Shown here: in pieces, positions 49,642 to 58,590 of the stretch | Position numbering within the stretch: position 1 is the first letter of the stretch | Layout of the letters: each line of letters opens with the position of its first letter | Source: Magnetospirillum sp. | Lineage (GTDB): Bacteria; Pseudomonadota; Alphaproteobacteria; CACIAM-22H2 | Assembly: GCA_027532905.1 (NCBI GenBank) | Contig: JAPZUA010000001.1 | Span: 1,111,950 to 1,175,949 of the forward strand | Direction: 5' to 3' | DNA length: 64,000 nt | The notes under the pieces: model-generated | The model's database searches: none | Told to the model about the DNA's origin: nothing | The model's input: only the letters and a program-made list of their open reading frames with translations | Position numbers and translations under genes: made by a program

Positions 49642-51026
49642 GCGAAGAACTGCACTGGCTTGGAATTGCCGAATTGCACGCGGCTTTCGGGGCGCGCAGA
49701 ACCTCGCCGGTCGAAGTGGTCGAGGCCTTGTTGCGGCGCATCGAGCGCCTTGACGAAAAACTTCACGTATTCGTGACGCTGGATGCCGAGAACGCCCGCA
49801 AAGCCGCGCGCGCCGCGGAGCAGGATATCGAGGCGGGAAGACACAAAGGACCGCTGCACGGCATCCCGATTGCGATCAAGGATGTTATCGATGCTGCAGG
49901 CCTTCCGACGACGTGCCAATCGAAGATCTTCGAAGGCAACATACCGTCTGACGACGCGACGTCGGTCGCCCAGTTGCGTCGAGCCGGCGCCATCGTCCTC
50001 GGAAAGGTCGCGACCTACGAGTTCGCCCTAGGCGGGCCGAGTTTCGACCTTCCCTATCCACCGGCACGGAATCCGTGGCATGTCGATCACAGTACTGGGG
50101 GGTCCTCCTCAGGTTCGGGCGTTGGTTTGGCAGCCGGTCTCTTTCCCGGCGCGCTTGGCACCGACACCGCCGGCTCCGTCCGCAATCCGGCCAGCGCTTG
50201 CGGGATCGTTGGCCTAAAACCGACCTACGGCCGCGTTTCGCGTCAAGGCGTGTTCCCGCTGGCTTTTACGATGGATCATGTCGGCCCGATGGCACGGCGC
50301 GTCGCCGACATTGAACACCTGCTTGCCGCCATGGCCGATCGCAACGCCCCTTATATCGACGCCGCGACAGACGCTGCTGTGCCGCACAGACCCGCCGATC
50401 TTCGTGGAAAGCGCATCGGGTTCGTTCGGCATTTTCACGAGCGCGACATGCCGGCAGACAATGAAGTCGCGGCCGCTCTTGAGTTGGCGGCGCGGGTCTT
50501 CGAAGAGGCCGGTGCCGAAATAGTTAACGTATCGCTTCCGCCGCTCGACGCCTTCGCCGCCGTCAACCGCATCATTCTGCAGGCGGAGGCCTGGGCGGTG
50601 CATGCGAGTTGGCTTCGGACGCGCCCTCAAGACTACGCGAAGCTCACGCGCCAGCGTCTTCTCGGCGGGGCATTCCTGAGCGCGGAGGATTACGTTCAGG
50701 CGCAGCGGAGACGGCGGCGCATGATTGCGGCAATGGAAGATGTATTTCGGGACGTCGATTTGCTCTTATGTGCGAGTGCCATGGATCCGCCGTGCCGGAT
50801 TGACGATGCGGAAGCTGTTGCACGGACCTACCCACGTCAGGCGCGCACGCCGTTCAGCGTGACGGGGCATCCAGCTCTCGCGATGATGTCCGGGCTCTCT
50901 TCGGCTTCATTGCCGCTGTCTTTGCAGCTTGCAGGGCGCTATTGGGACGAAGCCAGCGTGCTGTCGGCAGCCGCTGTGTTCGAGCGCGAAACCCAGTTCT
51001 ACCGGCATCGCCCGACGCTTGAATAA
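49638..51026 (+). CDS. Amidase-signature enzyme (GatA/AtzE-like)
   Basis: GPLHGIPIAIKD, GGSSSGS, GTDTAGSVRNPAS give the Ser-cisSer-Lys triad. Confidence 0.93.
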   Translation: MSEELHWLGIAELHAAFGARRTSPVEVVEALLRRIERLDEKLHVFVTLDAENARKAARAAEQDIEAGRHKGPLHGIPIAIKDVIDAAGLPTTCQSKIFEGNIPSDDATSVAQLRRAGAIVLGKVATYEFALGGPSFDLPYPPARNPWHVDHSTGGSSSGSGVGLAAGLFPGALGTDTAGSVRNPASACGIVGLKPTYGRVSRQGVFPLAFTMDHVGPMARRVADIEHLLAAMADRNAPYIDAATDAAVPHRPADLRGKRIGFVRHFHERDMPADNEVAAALELAARVFEEAGAEIVNVSLPPLDAFAAVNRIILQAEAWAVHASWLRTRPQDYAKLTRQRLLGGAFLSAEDYVQAQRRRRRMIAAMEDVFRDVDLLLCASAMDPPCRIDDAEAVARTYPRQARTPFSVTGHPALAMMSGLSSASLPLSLQLAGRYWDEASVLSAAAVFERETQFYRHRPTLE

Positions 51027-51076
51027 CCGATAGAACTAAGGTCAACGCCCCTTTTTCTTCGGGGCAAGACGGCGTA

Positions 51077-51112
51077 TCGCAGACGGCTCGATCGCAATCG
51101 GGCCGTCTGCGA
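51077..51112. terminator. Stem-loop between the convergent amidase and oxygenase genes
   Basis: TCGCAGACGGCTCGAT-CGCA-ATCGGGCCGTCTGCGA. Confidence 0.6.
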
Positions 51113-51132
51113 CGCCGCATTCGCCAAGCCGA

Positions 51133-52158
51133 TCAGTCCGCGTATCCGTAGTACCACTTGCGCAGATCGCGATACGTGATCGGCTTGTATTTCGGCGGAT
51201 TGTTCGGCCCCTGGCATGTCGGCAGAACTTCGATCAAGGCATCCGCGTTCGGTCCGAAGAACACTGGAATCGAATAACGATCGACGGTGTTCGTATTGAT
51301 AACCCGATGTTTCGTCGACAGATACTGATCGTTCGTCCATCGAACAATCAAATTTCCCGTATTGATGAGTAGCGTTCCGGGGATCGCCTCTACCGCCCGC
51401 CAATGGCCGGACGGCATGCGTACTGCGAGTCCCGACTCGCTGGCCGTCAGGAGCGTCATCATCGAATTGTCGGTATGTGGCGCAATGCCGTACTGGCGGT
51501 CGCCGATCGTTTTCTGCGGCGGATAATGCAGCAGCGACAGGTTGACATGCGGCACCTCGAAGAATTTGTCGAAGTAATCCAAGGGCAGATTCAATGTCGT
51601 CGCCCAAAGCGGCAAGAACTGCTTGCCAAGTTTTTCGGCCGCCGCTTGGTACTTCACTACGACCTCTTTGAACCCGGGCAGATTCTCCGGCCAGACGTTC
51701 CGCTCGACCTTTGGATCGGTTTCCCGGATGACTGTGAACTTGGAATAAAGATTCGTCTTCGCATCTTTGATGATGTTGACGTTCGCTCTGTTGGAGCGTT
51801 CCTCGCCGCCTCCTTGATAGCCGGTCTTGTGGCTATCGACGTCGATGTAGGGCACCCGGTCCTTCACTTCGGACGGAAGCGAATGGAAGCGCTTCGACTG
51901 CTCGAAAACCTGTTTGATGAGTTCTTCGGGGATGCTGTGTCCCTTGAGATAAAAGAAGCCGACGGTTTCGGTGATTTCTTTCAACTGCGCGGCGACGCGT
52001 TCGCGCCCACCCGGCTCGCCTTTCAGATAAGGCGACATATCGAGCGTCGGAATCTCCTCGTCGGAGTCCGGGTAGTCCATGAGCCTGAGCTCTTCTTCCT
52101 CGGTGAATTTCGGCATCGATGCAGTCGAACTGGTGGGCGCCGTTTGAACTATCGACAT
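51133..52158 (-). CDS. Isopenicillin-N-synthase-family 2OG/Fe(II) oxygenase
   Basis: VGFFYLKGH, LLHYPP, PHTD, STKHRV, RYS; RBS AGGAG. Confidence 0.9.
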   Translation of the reverse strand: MSIVQTAPTSSTASMPKFTEEEELRLMDYPDSDEEIPTLDMSPYLKGEPGGRERVAAQLKEITETVGFFYLKGHSIPEELIKQVFEQSKRFHSLPSEVKDRVPYIDVDSHKTGYQGGGEERSNRANVNIIKDAKTNLYSKFTVIRETDPKVERNVWPENLPGFKEVVVKYQAAAEKLGKQFLPLWATTLNLPLDYFDKFFEVPHVNLSLLHYPPQKTIGDRQYGIAPHTDNSMMTLLTASESGLAVRMPSGHWRAVEAIPGTLLINTGNLIVRWTNDQYLSTKHRVINTNTVDRYSIPVFFGPNADALIEVLPTCQGPNNPPKYKPITYRDLRKWYYGYAD

Positions 52159-52310
52159 TTGCTTTCTCCTTCCCTGATTGGACCAATCATATCCTGATTG
52201 TTTTTGGCATACCATCATACAAATATGCCTTCTTAAGCGTCTGTATTACCGAATATTTCTCCGAATTAGCTTTTCTGGTTTTTTCGTTAGCCGAGATACA
52301 TCGGCCGGAC

Positions 52311-53210
52311 TTAGCTGCCGGCAATCGTTCCGGGCGGCAGCGAGCGGGCATATGCTGCGATCTCGCCCGGTCGTGTGAACCAAACTTTGTCGCGCAGTTT
52401 ATGGTTCACGATGTATTGCAGCGCTTTGCGAAGCTGAGCGTAACGAAAGGGCTGTCCAACGACGAAAGTGTGCAGCGAAATGCCGCAGACCAAGGGTGCC
52501 CGCTCCGAGAATTCAAGCATCGTGTCGAATTGATCGATGATCATTTGGCTGAAATCGGTCGCCGACTGCATCCGGCTCAGCATCGTCGGGCTGTCGTTGA
52601 TTTCGATAGGATAGGGCACGGACAGAATAGGTCCTGAGCGTGTCCGCATCCAAAACGGCTGATCGTCGGCGGGCCAATCCAGCAAATAGCTGTAGCCGGC
52701 TTCCTTGAGCAGATCCGGCGTAACGGCGGTTTCGGATATCCATGGCCCCATCCAACCTTCGGGCCGCACGCCGTGACCCGCCGCCAGCTTGTCGGTTGCT
52801 TCGCGAATGAGACGCGCCTCGCTCGGCTCGTCCAGATCGCCCTGGCGCTCAGAGTTTGTGCGTCCATGCCCGACAATTTCATCCGCCCGCGCCTTGATCC
52901 GCGCCACGATTTGCGGGCAGCGGTCGTAGACTGCGGAGTTGATCAAGTGGGACAACGGCAGTCCCAAAGAGTCAGCCAAATCGAAGATACGCCAGATTCC
53001 GACGCGCAAGCCGTAGTCGCGCCAAGCATAGTTGCGCGGGTCCGGTGGGGGTCCGAGCGAGGTCGGCGTATGCCCCATCGTGCCGCCGAAAGCGAAGTCC
53101 TCGACATTGAGCGCCAGGTAAAAAGCCAATCGTTTGCCGCCCGGCCAGTCGAAATCGGGCCGCTCAAAGATCGGCGAATACTCGAATCGGCCATGGTGCG
53201 GCAACGTCAT
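52311..53210 (-). CDS. Polysaccharide-deacetylase-fold (PuuE allantoinase-like) hydrolase
   Basis: WPGGKRLA, AWRDYGLRVGIWR, VGHG, DDQPFW, ISLHTFVVGQP. Confidence 0.85.
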   Translation of the reverse strand: MTLPHHGRFEYSPIFERPDFDWPGGKRLAFYLALNVEDFAFGGTMGHTPTSLGPPPDPRNYAWRDYGLRVGIWRIFDLADSLGLPLSHLINSAVYDRCPQIVARIKARADEIVGHGRTNSERQGDLDEPSEARLIREATDKLAAGHGVRPEGWMGPWISETAVTPDLLKEAGYSYLLDWPADDQPFWMRTRSGPILSVPYPIEINDSPTMLSRMQSATDFSQMIIDQFDTMLEFSERAPLVCGISLHTFVVGQPFRYAQLRKALQYIVNHKLRDKVWFTRPGEIAAYARSLPPGTIAGS

Positions 53211-53441
53211 CGGGCGCCCCTCGCTCCAGTACCTTCAAACATTCGCATTTGCCCCTTACCGAGCGCTTCGAGCGCCTTGATGTACCAAATTTGCTACATT
53301 TTTGAAATTCCGGCAAGCCATATAAATCGAGGTTCTGTGAGCTGATTTAACCCCCATCATAAAGTGTTCCATTTTTCGTACGATATGAAATACTTGCTGA
53401 CGAGTTTTTGGACAACAGCTTCTAAAGGGCAATTGAACAGC

Positions 53442-54842
53442 GTGACGGACCCATCGGAGCGCATGTACGACGCGCTGATCGTCGGCGGCGGTAACGCAGC
53501 GATGTGTGCTGCCATCAGTGCGCGGCGCGGCGGTGCGAGCGTGCTCGTGCTCGAGGCAGCGCCAAAATTCTATCGCGGCGGCAACACGCGGCACACACGC
53601 AACATGCGCTGCGCCCACGATTCCGCGACGGAGACACTGACCGGTCCCTATACGGAAGCGGAATTCTGGACCGATCTTCATCAGGTCACGGGCGGTCAGA
53701 CCGACGAAGAACTCGCCAAGCACATGATCGCCGAGTCCAAGGAGATGCTCGGCTGGATCGTCGAGCAGGGTGTGCGCTTCCAGCCGTCGCTCGGCGGAAC
53801 CCTCAGCCTAGGCCGAACCAATTCGTTTTTCTTAGGCGGCGGCCGGGCAATGCTTAACGCGCTCTACCGCACGGCCGAGTCGCTCGGCGTCGAAGTTCTT
53901 TACGACGCGGAGGTCGTCGGCGCCGACATACGCGACGGGATGTTCCTGGCCGCTAGCGTCAAACGCGGTTCCAAGATCAAAAGGATTCGCGCCAAAACGT
54001 TGGTCGCGGCGGCTGGCGGATTCGAGGCGAACATCGACTGGCTCAAGCAATACTGGGGCGATCCGGCCGACAATTTCCTGATCCGCGGGACGCCCTACAA
54101 TCGCGGCACCGTATTGCGCATACTGCTCGATGCAGGCGCTCATCCGATCGGCGATCCCACGCAATGCCATGCAGTCGCGATCGACGCGCGCGCGCCCAAA
54201 TTTGACGGCGGCATCATCACGCGGCTCGACTGCGTCGTCTTCGGCATCGTAGTGAACAAGCACGCGCAGCGCTTCGACGACGAAGGTGCCGATTTCTGGC
54301 CGAAGCGTTATGCGGTTTGGGGCCGCCTCGTGGCCGCCCAGCCGGACCAGATCGCCTACATCGTTTTCGACAAAAGCGCTTCGACGCTGTTCATGCCGTC
54401 GCTGTTTCCGGCCATCGAGGGGCAGACGATCGCCGAACTTGCGGCCAAACTCGGCCTCGATACCGCAGCGCTCGAACAAACCGTCGCGCGCTTCAATGCG
54501 GCCGTGCGCCCCGGCACGTTCGACTCGACCGTCTTGGACGATTGCCGCACCGAGGGTCTTGTGCCGCCGAAGAGCCATTGGGCGCGTGCACTGGCGACAC
54601 CGCCCTTCTACGCCTATCCCGTTCGACCCGGCATTACCTTCACCTATCTCGGCACAAAGGTCGACAAGACCGCCCGCATCCTGATGCAGGACGGCAAACC
54701 GTCGGCGAACATGTTTGCGGCCGGCGAGATCATGGCCGGGAACGTGCTCGGCAAAGGTTATGCCGCGGGTATTGGTATGACGATTGGAAGCGTGTTCGGG
54801 CGTATCGCGGGCCGGGAGGCCGCAAAACGTGCAAGCAACTGA
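53442..54842 (+). CDS. tcuA: FAD-dependent tricarballylate dehydrogenase TcuA family
   Basis: VGGGNAAMCAA, RGGNTRHTRNMR, SLGRTNSFF, PGITFTYLG, AAGEIMAGN; start GTG 53442 or ATG 53463. Confidence 0.9.
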   Translation: MTDPSERMYDALIVGGGNAAMCAAISARRGGASVLVLEAAPKFYRGGNTRHTRNMRCAHDSATETLTGPYTEAEFWTDLHQVTGGQTDEELAKHMIAESKEMLGWIVEQGVRFQPSLGGTLSLGRTNSFFLGGGRAMLNALYRTAESLGVEVLYDAEVVGADIRDGMFLAASVKRGSKIKRIRAKTLVAAAGGFEANIDWLKQYWGDPADNFLIRGTPYNRGTVLRILLDAGAHPIGDPTQCHAVAIDARAPKFDGGIITRLDCVVFGIVVNKHAQRFDDEGADFWPKRYAVWGRLVAAQPDQIAYIVFDKSASTLFMPSLFPAIEGQTIAELAAKLGLDTAALEQTVARFNAAVRPGTFDSTVLDDCRTEGLVPPKSHWARALATPPFYAYPVRPGITFTYLGTKVDKTARILMQDGKPSANMFAAGEIMAGNVLGKGYAAGIGMTIGSVFGRIAGREAAKRASN

Positions 54843-55926
54843 AACGACGTCGCCTGCCCTGATCGAGGCCGACCGCCTGATGGTAGTCTGCAATTCCTGC
54901 CGCTATTGCGAAGGCATTTGCGCCGTGTTCCCGGCGATGGAGATGCGGCGCAGCTTCACGGCTGCGGATCTGCGCTACTTTGCCAATCTCTGCCACGGCT
55001 GCGGCGCTTGCTACGACGATTGTCAGTTCTCACCACCGCACGAGTTCAACGTCAATGTGCCGAAAGTGATGGCGCAGGTGCGCGCCGAATCCTACGCGCA
55101 CTACGCATGGCCGCGTGCGGCCGCCAAGATTTTCGAGCATAACGGTTTGGCGGTGGCGCTTACTGCCGCACTGGGTGTTGCCGCTTTTGTGGCCGGTTTC
55201 GTTGCATGGACGGATCCAAGCGTGCTGTTCGGCACGCATACGGGACCGGGTGCGTTCTACCGGCTGATGCCCCACAATGCGATGGTGCTGCTGTTCGGCG
55301 CCGCGTTTTCGTATGCGTTGCTGGCGCTCGCGATGGGTCTGCGGAATTTCTGGCGCGACGGCAAGGGGGCCGAGGCGGCGGCCTACGCGGCGGCCGGGCA
55401 CGATGCGGCGACGCTACGCTATCTCGACGGCGGCGGTGCCGGCTGCCAGGACGGCGACGGGGCCGAAAGCGACAATCGGCGCCTGTTCCACCATCTGACA
55501 CTCTACGGCTTCTTGCTGTGCCTCGCCTCGACCACCACCGCGACGCTCTACCACTACGTCCTCGGCCGCGAAGCGCCCTATCCTTGGTACGACGTGCCGG
55601 TCGTGCTCGGAACCTTGGGCGGGCTTGGCCTGCTCGTGGGCCCGATCGGGCTGATGCGCGAGAAGGCCAAGCGCGACCCGGCCACAAAAGCGACTGGGCT
55701 CGTAGGCATGGAAACGGCGTTTGTTGCGATGCTGTTTTTGACGAGCCTCAGCGGGCTTGCCCTTCTGGTTCTGCGCGAGACCCCGGCGATGGGGCTGCTC
55801 CTCGCCTTCCATTTGGGCGTCGTGTTCGCGCTGTTCTTGACGTTGCCCTACGGCAAGTTCGTGCATGGGCTCTATCGCTATCTCGCCCTCGTGCGCTATG
55901 CGCAGGAGCGAAAATCGGGCCCTTGA
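54829..55926 (+). CDS. tcuB: Tricarballylate utilisation 4Fe-4S membrane protein TcuB (CitB)
   Basis: CNSCRYCEGICAVF, CHGCGACYDDCQFSPPH, PYGKFVH. Confidence 0.9.
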   Translation: MQATETTSPALIEADRLMVVCNSCRYCEGICAVFPAMEMRRSFTAADLRYFANLCHGCGACYDDCQFSPPHEFNVNVPKVMAQVRAESYAHYAWPRAAAKIFEHNGLAVALTAALGVAAFVAGFVAWTDPSVLFGTHTGPGAFYRLMPHNAMVLLFGAAFSYALLALAMGLRNFWRDGKGAEAAAYAAAGHDAATLRYLDGGGAGCQDGDGAESDNRRLFHHLTLYGFLLCLASTTTATLYHYVLGREAPYPWYDVPVVLGTLGGLGLLVGPIGLMREKAKRDPATKATGLVGMETAFVAMLFLTSLSGLALLVLRETPAMGLLLAFHLGVVFALFLTLPYGKFVHGLYRYLALVRYAQERKSGP

Positions 55927-56071
55927 GGGCGCCCGGCAGGCCGCGCTTGACCTGCGGCCGTCCATATGCACATTGCTTGGCCCAACAGGCTTGGTTTCGT
56001 TTTCTTTTGAACGGCTTATGGCGGCGAAGCGAGCCGTGTGTTTTGCAACGATTGGGCAGCGCGGCAAACAG

Positions 56072-56980
56072 ATGACACTTCGTTATGACGACATTGGGAA
56101 CCGTCTCAAAGCCTACCGCATGGGCTCAGGCTTGAGCGCCGACGAGATCGCCAAGCAACTTGGCATCTCGCGGACGGCTCTTTACCGTTTCGAGAAAGGC
56201 GAATTGGCCAAGATCGAGACGCTGGAAAGGCTGGCCGAGCTGCTCGGCGTATCGATCCCTACCCTGCTCGGCGTCGGCATCGAATACATCCCCTCCGCTG
56301 TCGGCTACTTCGAACGGCTTCGCCAGATCGAAGAGACGGCAGAGCATATCGTCGTGCTATCCGGCCCTATCTCGTTTTTGCTCGGGTCCGAAAATTTCTT
56401 ACCGACTCTGCAAGACGTGCTGACCGAAAACATCAGCAGCACGATCGAAAACCAAGCCCAAGCGCTGAGCGATATCAAGCAGATCATCGAAATACTGCGC
56501 CAGCGCAAAGAACTCTATCGGCGACGGCGGCCGACGATCGTCAACATGATGTCGGCCCTTGAGATCGAGCGCTTTCTGGATCACGGTTTCATCGGGCGCG
56601 CTGGGCTTGCGGATGCAGAAATCCGAAAAAGAAAGCAACTCGCACGGACCGAGATACAGCATTTTGCATCCCTGATCGATCAGCACCCGATCGGGATCCA
56701 AGTAGGTATCGTAACGGATACGCTGCCGTTCACGGGTTTTCAGCTTTTTCGACAACCAGACCGGAAGTTGCTAGTGCTGAGCCCGTTCAGGCTCGGCAGC
56801 GAGCCAAACGTTCGGGTCGGCGTCGCAACGATTACGTCCGCGCCGGATGCGGTCAATCTCCACGAAAAATCGATCGACGAAATGTGGCGCCGAGCTCTCA
56901 AAGGTCAGGCAGCCGCCGAGTATCTCCGGCGCCTGCTCGCAAACGACAGCGAACCCGACGTCCCCAAGAAAAAGAAGTAA
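56072..56980 (+). CDS. XRE-family regulator with a large uncharacterised C-terminal domain
   Basis: IGNRLKAYRMGSGLSADEIAKQLGISRTALYRFEKG followed by ~230 aa. Confidence 0.88.
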   Translation: MTLRYDDIGNRLKAYRMGSGLSADEIAKQLGISRTALYRFEKGELAKIETLERLAELLGVSIPTLLGVGIEYIPSAVGYFERLRQIEETAEHIVVLSGPISFLLGSENFLPTLQDVLTENISSTIENQAQALSDIKQIIEILRQRKELYRRRRPTIVNMMSALEIERFLDHGFIGRAGLADAEIRKRKQLARTEIQHFASLIDQHPIGIQVGIVTDTLPFTGFQLFRQPDRKLLVLSPFRLGSEPNVRVGVATITSAPDAVNLHEKSIDEMWRRALKGQAAAEYLRRLLANDSEPDVPKKKK

Positions 56981-57323
56981 TTGACGTAATTTTGATCTGA
57001 CCGGGATTTCTTGAGCCAGGCTGAATAAGGCGATCAGCTTGAAATGATACCGCCTAAAACTTAAATCCGTTTTAAGTGGGAATTAAAGTTCTCACATTCA
57101 TCCGCGCTGGCGTGCCATAGCGGGTGAAACTGGGCACTATTGGCGACGAGCAATGGATGTCCCCTAAAGTCGTTCGGCACACGGCACGTCGATTAACGAA
57201 TAGCGTGCCATAGTCGATGTATAGGGGAACTTTTTGAGCGAGACAGGAACAAGTGGAAATTTCCTGTAATTATCTGAAATTCTTAGATTTTCTATCTCTA
57301 ATGTCTCTCGAGATCGATCTTCC

Positions 57324-57692
57324 TTATACTTTTTTCAAGAAGACATCCTTGGCAACTGACATCGCCATTACGGCGCATGGCCAGCCAGCATAGAACGCTA
57401 GGTGCGTAATGGCTTCGACAAGTTCCTCTTCCGTGAGTCCGTTCTGTTTTGCTATTGCGAGATGGGACCGGAGCTGCTCCGGACGATATGCCGCAACAAG
57501 CGCGCTGATTGTCACCAAGCTGCGATCACGCTTGGAGAGCTGGGACCGCTCCCAAATATCACCGAACAGTATGCCATCAGTCAATTCGACCATTTTTGGC
57601 GCGATGTCGCCGTATAGTTGCTGCGCGCGCGTGGGCGGTAGATCAGATATCGACGATACTGGTTGCTCAGGATTCTTCGTAGAGTTTGTCAT
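57324..57692 (-). CDS. Carboxymuconolactone decarboxylase (CMD) family protein
   Basis: LFGDIWER, LSKRDRSLVT, THLAFYAGWP. Confidence 0.88.
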   Translation of the reverse strand: MTNSTKNPEQPVSSISDLPPTRAQQLYGDIAPKMVELTDGILFGDIWERSQLSKRDRSLVTISALVAAYRPEQLRSHLAIAKQNGLTEEELVEAITHLAFYAGWPCAVMAMSVAKDVFLKKV

Positions 57693-58012
57693 CTTTGCCT
57701 CAATGAGACCTATCCCACTTAAGGACGAAGCACATCGCGATCGTCCGGGCACTAGCGGCACTCAAGTCAATACGAATCAAACCTCCCGACCGCTCTGAGA
57801 ATGAAAACGCCGAAGGCACAGGGAGTTTGGCATTCCCTTCTGTCGATGCCACGTCCCTTCGGCAGGTGACTTGGTTCCCGACGACCGCCTGCTTAGTCTA
57901 ACCTGTCTGAAGTTCTTGAGGTGCGAGACTAATTGAGCCTCCATCTCAACGTTACAAAAGTGGACATCGAATCAGCTATAGAGGATCCCTGCCACGGGAT
58001 CGGAGACGCGCC

Positions 58013-58549
58013 ATGTCACTTGTCAAGAAAGTCCACCATGTCGCCTATCGCTGTAAGGATGCGAAGGAGACGGTGAACTGGTACCGAAAATATCTCGACA
58101 TGGAATTCATCCTCGCAATTGCCGAGGATGAAGTGCCTTCAACAAAGGCGCCAAACCCTTACATACACGTCTTCCTTGATGCCGGAGACGGGAATGTTCT
58201 TGCGTTTTTTGAGATCGTCGGGCAGCCGCCGATGGATCGAGACCGCAACACGCCGTCCTGGGTGCAGCATCTCGCGCTGAAGGTCGACACGATGGAAACG
58301 CTTCTCGCGGCGAAGGCGCGGCTCGAGGCCGACGGCATCGAGGTCGTGGGACCGACGAACCACACGATCTTCAAGAGCATCTACTTCTTTGACCCGAACG
58401 GCCATCGACTTGAACTTGCGGTGGATTGCGGCACGCCTGACATGTACCAGCGTCTGGATGCTGTAAAGTGGGAGATGCTCGAAGAGTGGAGCAAAACCCG
58501 GCGCGCACCGAAACACGCTCGATGGATGCACGAAATGCCCGACGCCTGA
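58013..58549 (+). CDS. VOC/glyoxalase family protein
   Basis: HHVAYRC, LAFFE, QHLAL, SIYFFDPNGHRLE. Confidence 0.9.
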   Translation: MSLVKKVHHVAYRCKDAKETVNWYRKYLDMEFILAIAEDEVPSTKAPNPYIHVFLDAGDGNVLAFFEIVGQPPMDRDRNTPSWVQHLALKVDTMETLLAAKARLEADGIEVVGPTNHTIFKSIYFFDPNGHRLELAVDCGTPDMYQRLDAVKWEMLEEWSKTRRAPKHARWMHEMPDA

Positions 58550-58590
58550 CCCTGCGACGCGGGATTCCGAATGAAAGCTGGATCGACCCG

